From positions 117,745 to 142,335 of the IMG/VR virus record IMGVR_UViG_3300026549_000042: a stretch of 24,591 bases of DNA. One strand, 5' to 3'. The DNA is from a virus. Taxonomy: Duplodnaviria; Heunggongvirae; Uroviricota; Caudoviricetes. The translations under genes were made by a program, and so were the position numbers. Positions 16,491-23,128 of this stretch are shown one piece after another. Numbering within the stretch: position 1 is the first letter of the stretch; every line of letters starts with the position of its first letter. Below the pieces are notes generated by a model. The model was not told the origin of the DNA, did not search any database, and was given only the letters and a program-made list of their open reading frames with translations.

Positions 16491-17220
16491 ATTTTTTAAT
16501 GTATTCTTTATATAAAATTGAATTTTTTGATGGATTTGTTCTCATCCAAGGCAAATTTTTATTATATGTCAAGTCCTCTTTTATGTTATAATCAATATCA
16601 TTAATATCTTCAATAATATCTATATATGTTATTGGAAACCATGCATTATAATATATGAAATTATGCCAATTATCTTCAGATGGATCATAATAGAAATCAA
16701 CATTATATTTATGAGATTTTAAATCTATCATCAATATGACTGGATTAACTATTCCTAATTGATCTTTAAGATAATTAATATTTTCAATTATTTCTGATTT
16801 ATATTCTCCACATGACAAAAATACTCGTTCTGTAAATTTTCTATATCTTTTGCCTTCAAATGGTTTTAATCCCTGATTTTTTATATATTTATAATATTTT
16901 TCTTCTATAGTTATATGAAAAACTAATCCATTACATTTATCATATACAAATTTTGTACATTTAGTTCCATAATTTGGTTCAAAAGTTATATGTTTGTCTT
17001 TATCATTATATTCTGTAATATAATAACCAAAAAAATCTAATTGATGTTGTATATAGAAATCTTCAAAAAATTCTTTATAATCATTTTCATCATTAAAATA
17101 TATAGTAAACAAAAATTCATTTGACTTAGATTGATTATAGTCATATTCTATATTAGGATATTTCTTATATATAACACTAATTAATTTATTAGTATCATTA
17201 TGATTATTTAATGTTATCAT
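16459..17220 (-). CDS. Hypothetical protein with C-terminal Tpt1/KptA-like ADP-ribosyltransferase-fold domain
   Basis: FHIT(9x)IKNQGLKP...RVFLS resembles the YHGT...I...GL.P...VHLS NAD-binding signature; later VILMIDL and FP..YI motifs; overlaps ARH start by 32 nt. Confidence 0.55.
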   Translation of the reverse strand: MITLNNHNDTNKLISVIYKKYPNIEYDYNQSKSNEFLFTIYFNDENDYKEFFEDFYIQHQLDFFGYYITEYNDKDKHITFEPNYGTKCTKFVYDKCNGLVFHITIEEKYYKYIKNQGLKPFEGKRYRKFTERVFLSCGEYKSEIIENINYLKDQLGIVNPVILMIDLKSHKYNVDFYYDPSEDNWHNFIYYNAWFPITYIDIIEDINDIDYNIKEDLTYNKNLPWMRTNPSKNSILYKEYIKKYDRNNRSNSR

Positions 17221-17440
17221 AATTTTTCATTTCATTTATTTCGCTTTCAATCTTTTCAAATTCTTTTGCATTATCATTTAGCCAAGATAATTTATGAATA
17301 TATAATTTTGATGATTGCGGAAAATTTGTCATTGAAAACATAGTTTGTTGTTGATCATTACGAGTTTCAATTTGTATATCTAAACGCCCAATATAATCTA
17401 ATTGTAATCTTTGTAATCTTTTTAAATCTTCTATTTTCAT
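17204..17440 (-). CDS. Hypothetical protein (78 aa)
   Basis: ATGA coupling with thyX stop; overlaps next gene by 17 nt. Confidence 0.7.
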   Translation of the reverse strand: MKIEDLKRLQRLQLDYIGRLDIQIETRNDQQQTMFSMTNFPQSSKLYIHKLSWLNDNAKEFEKIESEINEMKNYDNIK

Positions 17441-18561
17441 AATTTAATATAATCTTCAATATTCGTATATTTGTCTTTAATTTGATGATATTTTTCTTTA
17501 TTAATCATATCTTCTGTAATCCAACCATTCTTTAGGAACTCTTCCATCAATGGCCATGCAACTTCTTTAGCACTTGGGCGTGGAGATCCGGTTGTTCCCA
17601 AAGCTCTGAGGTTGAAAAAATGCGACCAATCAGAAGCAAATGCCGTATGTACTGAACAAGTCTTCGTATCTAAAGGAAGTACTAATGATGCTTTTTGAGG
17701 AGTCCAACCAAGCCGTATCAAATTAAGATATGAAAATTCACACGCTTCAAGAGCAAATATAAAATAATCTAATGCATCCCATATATCAGAATCATACCCT
17801 TCAGATACATATACACAATTTTCTTGTAATGTTCTTTGCATATTTGGATTGTTAAGTATTTCTTTTTCTTTATCAGATAAGAATACTGGTTCTATATAGT
17901 TAAGTTCACTGCCAAATTTGCTTTTGGAATAGTTACAATAACGTGTTGATTCTTCCCCTATACTTTGTACACGATGTCTGTTTATATCTCTAGCCACTGC
18001 TAAATGATATGTGAATCTTACTGTATATCTTTTTTCATGTTCTTCTGTAGGAGATGTCATCCATTGAAGTATAGAGTCTTTCAAAGATTCGGTTTTTATA
18101 TGATAATTATCAGTAAAATATTTGATTATATTAAGATCTTTATTTTCTATAATTACTCTCCAGTTTGTTGTTATATAATAGAATGTGGCAGATGCTTGTT
18201 TACATATTTCATATCCTTTTATTTCAATATCTACAGTTTCATTTATTTCTTTGTTCTTTACTACAGAATATTTATTTTTGGAAAAGAACTTTATTATATC
18301 CATTTTCCACATATATTGAGGATCATTAACAGGTGTACCTAACGGAATTGTCAAATATACAGTACCATGTTCAAGCATAGCGCCATGTTCAGATTCAGTG
18401 AGCATTTTTATAAATTTTTCATAAGATTCATCCGTAATCTTATCTTCAGATTTATAACAAGTTCGCCCACATAATTCAATATGCTTAAACATATCTTTAA
18501 TTAAGGAAATATCATTATATCGTTGTTCTACAATTTCATATTTAGCCTTAAGTATAATCAT
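17437..18561 (-). CDS. thyX: FAD-dependent thymidylate synthase ThyX
   Basis: RHRX7SXR signature RHRVQSIGEESTR (17941-17979); N-terminal IELCGRTCYKS and HGAMLEH; LPLDTKT and FFNLR motifs. Confidence 0.9.
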   Translation of the reverse strand: MIILKAKYEIVEQRYNDISLIKDMFKHIELCGRTCYKSEDKITDESYEKFIKMLTESEHGAMLEHGTVYLTIPLGTPVNDPQYMWKMDIIKFFSKNKYSVVKNKEINETVDIEIKGYEICKQASATFYYITTNWRVIIENKDLNIIKYFTDNYHIKTESLKDSILQWMTSPTEEHEKRYTVRFTYHLAVARDINRHRVQSIGEESTRYCNYSKSKFGSELNYIEPVFLSDKEKEILNNPNMQRTLQENCVYVSEGYDSDIWDALDYFIFALEACEFSYLNLIRLGWTPQKASLVLPLDTKTCSVHTAFASDWSHFFNLRALGTTGSPRPSAKEVAWPLMEEFLKNGWITEDMINKEKYHQIKDKYTNIEDYIKL

Positions 18562-19319
18562 ATATCAAAATTATTATATAAATTTTTATCTAAATTATCA
18601 TATTCTTTATCCTGTTGAATAGATAGTCTTTCATCACTTACATTTAGTTTAATGAATGGTATATTATTGTTAGTATTATATTCAAATATTGCATTTGTAC
18701 ACCCATCAAAATAACTATATTTTAGATATAAAAACCTGTTATTTATATTAATATTTTGTCCTGTATCTAAATCAATTATTTTGTCAAAATACATATCACA
18801 AACATAATTCATTTTTTCATGCATTTTTATTAAATATTCTAAACCTTTTCTATTAACATAATAATTATCGCCTAATAAATATTTATCTATTCTTATGTTA
18901 ATATCTTCAAATGTTATACTATTTAATGATAAATTATTAAAAACATAATCAAAAAGATATATGTCTGAATTATTCTTTTTATTATAAAATTTATCAAGTA
19001 TTTCATAACATTTATCTGTATTCTTAAGAAACATTGTATCATCTTCTAAAATTAATACATTATCATATTCTAATTCATAACATGTTTTCCATAAAGAATA
19101 ATGTGCAAAAGAACAACGCAAATAACCTAATTTTGTAACATTTGTATTTTCTTTAAATATTTTAGAATTACTACTAAAATCATATTGTGGACCATACCAA
19201 TATGAATATTTACCACCATTTATTAATTTCATTTGAATATCCATATTTTCTCGTCGTTTAAAACTCTTACAAGCAGAAATTATAAAAATATGATCAAAAT
19301 AATTATTTAATGTTTTCAT
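18558..19319 (-). CDS. Glycosyltransferase, family 25-like
   Basis: YFDHIFIIS...KRR start, GYLRCSFAHYSLWK...VLILEDD, YYVNRKG...D; ATG 19319 preferred over TTG 19322. Confidence 0.8.
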   Translation of the reverse strand: MKTLNNYFDHIFIISACKSFKRRENMDIQMKLINGGKYSYWYGPQYDFSSNSKIFKENTNVTKLGYLRCSFAHYSLWKTCYELEYDNVLILEDDTMFLKNTDKCYEILDKFYNKKNNSDIYLFDYVFNNLSLNSITFEDINIRIDKYLLGDNYYVNRKGLEYLIKMHEKMNYVCDMYFDKIIDLDTGQNININNRFLYLKYSYFDGCTNAIFEYNTNNNIPFIKLNVSDERLSIQQDKEYDNLDKNLYNNFDI

Positions 19320-19331
19320 CAATTATTCCAA

Positions 19332-20423
19332 TTATTTATCAATATAATTTTTAAAATAGTTACTAATCCAAATTACTGGTGTTCCTTTATCACCAGATCC
19401 GCTTGTCAAATCTGCTAATGATCCAACTAAATCACAATATCTACGTGGTGTAGTACCTTGTGAAAGCATATTGCCCTTTAAGTCTTTGTCTTTATTCTTA
19501 ATCTTTTCTTTTATAAATTCAGAGTCTGAAGATTCATTATCGGCAATATATTTTATCTTTATTTCATTTGGTGTTCCTTCAAGACCTTTTGTATAATATG
19601 GGCTTACTACAGGGTCTGCCCATTCCCAAATACCGCCAACAGGATCTTTGAAACAGCCATCACCATAAACCATTACTTCTAAATCAACATTATGGAACTT
19701 CTTAAAATATTTCTTAATTCCTTCACATAATTCTTTACAAGTATCTCGTCTTGGGAATAACTTCAATGTTTCTTCTGTTGCTTTATTAGAACCAAGAACG
19801 CCGTATTCTACATTATATCCATGCACATCAGAAATAGTTGAACAAATATTTGATAATGTATAATAGTTTACATTTTTAAATTTTTCACTGTCTTTGGGAT
19901 TTACATGACACATACAATTAATTATATTTGTATATCCTTGCGCAAATAGATCGAATACTTTATTGAAGTCTTTATAAATAATGCATTGACATTTTTCTTT
20001 TTCAATAAGATCTTTATAAAATTTTTCAATATCTATTCCCGTAAATGGATTAACCAAATCATTTCCTACTTCATCTTTACCGTTATTAATGAATAAGTGT
20101 ATTTTTGATGCTGCCCTTGCAATTCCTTTTAAAATCATTGAAAATCTATTTCTAGAATATATAGGATAAAGAAGAATAACCTCAGCATCACGACCAAATT
20201 TCAATATAATATCATTGGCTATATCATTAACACTAACATAATTATTTTCTGCTCGTGCAACAATTGATTCAGTTATACATATAATATCTTTATCTTGGAA
20301 TGACTGTCCGGATTCGCATCTTGCATCTATCAAAGAATTAATGATTATTTTTTTAAGATTTGATTCACCGGCTTCAATAATAGGTAATCTTATACCTCTA
20401 CTAATAACTCCTAATTTACTCAT
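19332..20423 (-). CDS. CofE-like (coenzyme F420-0:gamma-glutamyl ligase / DUF129 family) protein
   Basis: SRGIRLPII, ITESIVARA, SRNRF, DEVGN, LGSNKA, VYGDG.FKDP.GGIWE.ADP, GTTPRR..DL.GSL.DLTSGSGDKGTP match the gut-bacterial CofE-like family as recalled. Confidence 0.85.
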   Translation of the reverse strand: MSKLGVISRGIRLPIIEAGESNLKKIIINSLIDARCESGQSFQDKDIICITESIVARAENNYVSVNDIANDIILKFGRDAEVILLYPIYSRNRFSMILKGIARAASKIHLFINNGKDEVGNDLVNPFTGIDIEKFYKDLIEKEKCQCIIYKDFNKVFDLFAQGYTNIINCMCHVNPKDSEKFKNVNYYTLSNICSTISDVHGYNVEYGVLGSNKATEETLKLFPRRDTCKELCEGIKKYFKKFHNVDLEVMVYGDGCFKDPVGGIWEWADPVVSPYYTKGLEGTPNEIKIKYIADNESSDSEFIKEKIKNKDKDLKGNMLSQGTTPRRYCDLVGSLADLTSGSGDKGTPVIWISNYFKNYIDK

Positions 20424-20432
20424 AATTTGTAT

Positions 20433-21377
20433 TTAAAATAAATTTTCTACATTATCTGATTCTTCAACAATAACATTTTCTTCTTTCTTTTCTTCTTCCT
20501 TTTTTGATGCTGCTTCTAAAAGTTTCTTCGCTATTGCAAACTTAAAGATATTGTCCATCAAATTTGAATCATATGTCATACCTGCTAAATGTGTCATATA
20601 ATTTTGACCAGATTCTTCAATTATCTTTCCAGGAAGATTAACAATCATTACAACAACATCACTTTCTTTTGTACCTTTAGGCAAATAATGTTCAAGTAAT
20701 GCCTTTTTATAAAAATGTAATTGATTAGTATATCTATAATAATTAAGTGCAGGCCATTTGAACATAGGACCTAAGAATTTTTCTGTCCATTTTGATGCAA
20801 CTTTATCTATAGATCCAGATGACTTCCAATCTATAATTATCCATTTGTTTGTACGTTTATTATAGAACAAAGCATCAAAACGTCCCTTTATATAATATTC
20901 TGTATATTCTTCATTACCAATATTAGCATCATAAAATGGATTTTGTACTTTAACTGGAATATATACAGTTCTTTCTCTATCTACAAATTCAACATCACCA
21001 GACTTAGTCATTAATGCATAGAAATTATCAAATGACTCACAAAGACCTCTTAATCGTTCATCATAATCATATGCATTTTCTAATTTATATAAACGTTGAT
21101 CATTTTCATTACCAGTAAGTATTGTTTTAATATAGTCATCAAGTAATGATCCATAATGACATGATTCTGCACCTTTTGCTTCCCACATACTAATGATTTC
21201 ATCTACTGTTTTATGATAATATGGGGATTCTGGATTATTGAAATGTTTATTATATGTTTTTTCAGCTACTCCTTTACTATCAAATGGTTTTTCTAATGCA
21301 TTAAGACATTCTGAAATACTAATTGTTGGTATTGATTTATCTACCCAGCTATTTGAAAAATCTATATTAAAATTCAT
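20433..21377 (-). CDS. PD-(D/E)XK nuclease superfamily protein (exonuclease-like)
   Basis: GRFDALF...IIDWKS catalytic pattern, QLHFY motif, N-terminal G.LL.DY. Confidence 0.8.
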   Translation of the reverse strand: MNFNIDFSNSWVDKSIPTISISECLNALEKPFDSKGVAEKTYNKHFNNPESPYYHKTVDEIISMWEAKGAESCHYGSLLDDYIKTILTGNENDQRLYKLENAYDYDERLRGLCESFDNFYALMTKSGDVEFVDRERTVYIPVKVQNPFYDANIGNEEYTEYYIKGRFDALFYNKRTNKWIIIDWKSSGSIDKVASKWTEKFLGPMFKWPALNYYRYTNQLHFYKKALLEHYLPKGTKESDVVVMIVNLPGKIIEESGQNYMTHLAGMTYDSNLMDNIFKFAIAKKLLEAASKKEEEKKEENVIVEESDNVENLF

Positions 21378-21469
21378 ATTATTATTAATTTTTATACTAT
21401 AGTTAATTAAATATAGAAAAATAATTTAACCATTTTTAAATATATATAAAGATATTATTAACAAATTAT

Positions 21470-22063
21470 ATGAAAATCTATATTGGGATTGACCCATCTA
21501 TAAATAGTACAGGCGTATGCATACAGAAAATTAATGATGACAACAAAGAAGAAGCTCCAATATTTTTTATTATAAAGCCAAATAAACTCACAAAAAGGGA
21601 GCAAAAAATAAATATTGAAAATTTTAATTATATCATTTATAATAAAGAAGATTTATCAAAATATAAATCTGAAAAATCTCATTTATTTGAATACTATAAG
21701 ACATTAAATATAATTGATATAGCTAATAAATTATATGATATTATAAAAGATTTTATTGATGATTCCACAACTGTTGTAATGGAAGGTATTTCGTATGGAT
21801 CATCATTAAGAACAAAATCTATTTTTGATTTAGCTGGACTAAATTATCTTATACGTGAAAAACTTATTAGGAACAATATTAACTTAAATATTTGTCCTCC
21901 AGCAGAGATAAAAAAATTCGCATCCGGTAAAGGAAATGCGAATAAAGATATTTTAATAGAAGCATTTTTAGTAATGTTTCCTCAATTTAATGACATAGAT
22001 AAAATAGATGATATTGTTGATGCTTATTTTATGTGTAAATATGCTTTTATGCTTGATCAATAA
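21470..22063 (+). CDS. RuvC-like Holliday junction resolvase
   Basis: IGIDPS.NSTG, VVMEG, PAEIKKFASGKGNANK, DD..DA acidic catalytic motifs. Confidence 0.85.
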   Translation: MKIYIGIDPSINSTGVCIQKINDDNKEEAPIFFIIKPNKLTKREQKINIENFNYIIYNKEDLSKYKSEKSHLFEYYKTLNIIDIANKLYDIIKDFIDDSTTVVMEGISYGSSLRTKSIFDLAGLNYLIREKLIRNNINLNICPPAEIKKFASGKGNANKDILIEAFLVMFPQFNDIDKIDDIVDAYFMCKYAFMLDQ

Positions 22064-22076
22064 TACTAAATAATTT

Positions 22077-23063
22077 TTAATTACCTGTTACTCCTGATAC
22101 ACCAGATGTTTCATATGATCCTGTTAAACCTGTAGCACCAGAAACATCTGCTGTACTAGTTACTCCAGACATACCAGTTGTTCCATGTGATCCAGTTAAA
22201 CCTGTAGCACCAGAAACATTTGTCTTACTAGTTAATTCAGATGCATTAATTGTATTATATAATATAATTAAATTTGAAACACCAGAAACATTTGCTATAC
22301 TAGTTAATCCAGACACACTAGTTGTTTCATATGATCCAGTTAAACCTGTAATACCAGAAACATTTGATATACTAGTTAATCCAGATGCACTAGTTGTTTC
22401 ATATAATCCAGTTAAACCTGTAATACCAGAAACATCTGATATACTAGTTAATCCAGACATGCCAGTTGTTTCATATGATCCAGTTAAACCTGTAATACCA
22501 GAAACATTTGATATACTAGTTAATCCAGACATGCCAGTTGTTTCATATGATCCAGTTAAACCTGTAGCACCAGAAACATTTGCTATACTAGTTAATCCAG
22601 ACATGCCAGTTGTTTCATATAATCCAGTTAAACCTGTAGCACCAGAAACATCTGATATACTAGTTGCTCCAGATACACCAGTTGTTTCATATACTCCAGT
22701 TAAACCTGAGGCACCAGAAATATATTTACGTAAATCAGATACATCATTTCTAATATCTGATATTTCTTTATCTATGCCGCTATTATCATATACATTAATC
22801 CTTAATGATTCATGAAATATTTTAAATATATTACCTGTAGAATCTGTTAAAAATTGATATATTTTTGGCTTTAATGATGATTTATTTGGATCTGGATTTA
22901 TTACTACATATAATATTGCGCATTTATATGATGTGCCAATTGTATTATTAAGAATATCAATTATATTATCTTGTGTCTTGCCATATACTGTAGTATCATC
23001 TATATTAATTATATATTGATTTACTGGTATATTATGTATATTATCTATTTTAAAGTTACTCAT
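22077..23063 (-). CDS. Gly/Ser/Thr-rich tandem-repeat protein (328 aa), possibly virion-exposed
   Basis: Unique N-terminal ~115 aa ending in a short coiled coil, then nine 24-aa repeats. Confidence 0.8.
   Translation of the reverse strand: MSNFKIDNIHNIPVNQYIINIDDTTVYGKTQDNIIDILNNTIGTSYKCAILYVVINPDPNKSSLKPKIYQFLTDSTGNIFKIFHESLRINVYDNSGIDKEISDIRNDVSDLRKYISGASGLTGVYETTGVSGATSISDVSGATGLTGLYETTGMSGLTSIANVSGATGLTGSYETTGMSGLTSISNVSGITGLTGSYETTGMSGLTSISDVSGITGLTGLYETTSASGLTSISNVSGITGLTGSYETTSVSGLTSIANVSGVSNLIILYNTINASELTSKTNVSGATGLTGSHGTTGMSGVTSTADVSGATGLTGSYETSGVSGVTGN
22080..22718 (-). repeat. Coding tandem array of 72-bp units (8 full + 1 truncated)
   Basis: CCAGTTAAAC-type anchor at 22120, 22192, 22336, 22408, 22480, 22552, 22624, 22696 (72-nt spacing; the 22264 copy is degenerate). 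Confidence 0.92.
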
Positions 23064-23091
23064 TTAACTATTATATAATATTTATATATAT

Positions 23092-23100
23092 TAAAAATAA
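23092..23100 (-). promoter_or_regulatory. TTATTTTTA motif, candidate late-promoter element
   Basis: 28 nt upstream of the ATG at 23063. Confidence 0.35.
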
Positions 23101-23128
23101 AAATCAATTTAATATAACAATAAGATCT

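Noticed and set aside
17204-17230. Programmed frameshift fusing the 78-aa ORF to the ART-like gene
   Set aside because: Only a 17-nt overlap with its own ATG; no convincing slippery heptamer plus downstream structure; similar overlaps occur throughout the operon
20433-21377. Nuclease as Cas4
   Set aside because: No C-terminal Cys cluster for the Fe-S staple and no CRISPR context; generic PD-(D/E)XK call kept
22080-22718. 72-bp periodic array as a CRISPR array
   Set aside because: Units are contiguous with no unique spacers, the period is a multiple of three, it lies in an open coding frame, and no cas genes are present
22077-22718. Classical collagen-like protein
   Set aside because: Gly-X-Y register is broken in three of every eight triplets and the repeats have no Pro
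22459-22815. 118-aa + strand ORF (MPVVSYDPVKP repeats)
   Set aside because: Antisense shadow of the repeat gene; stop-free because the repeat unit lacks stops in that frame
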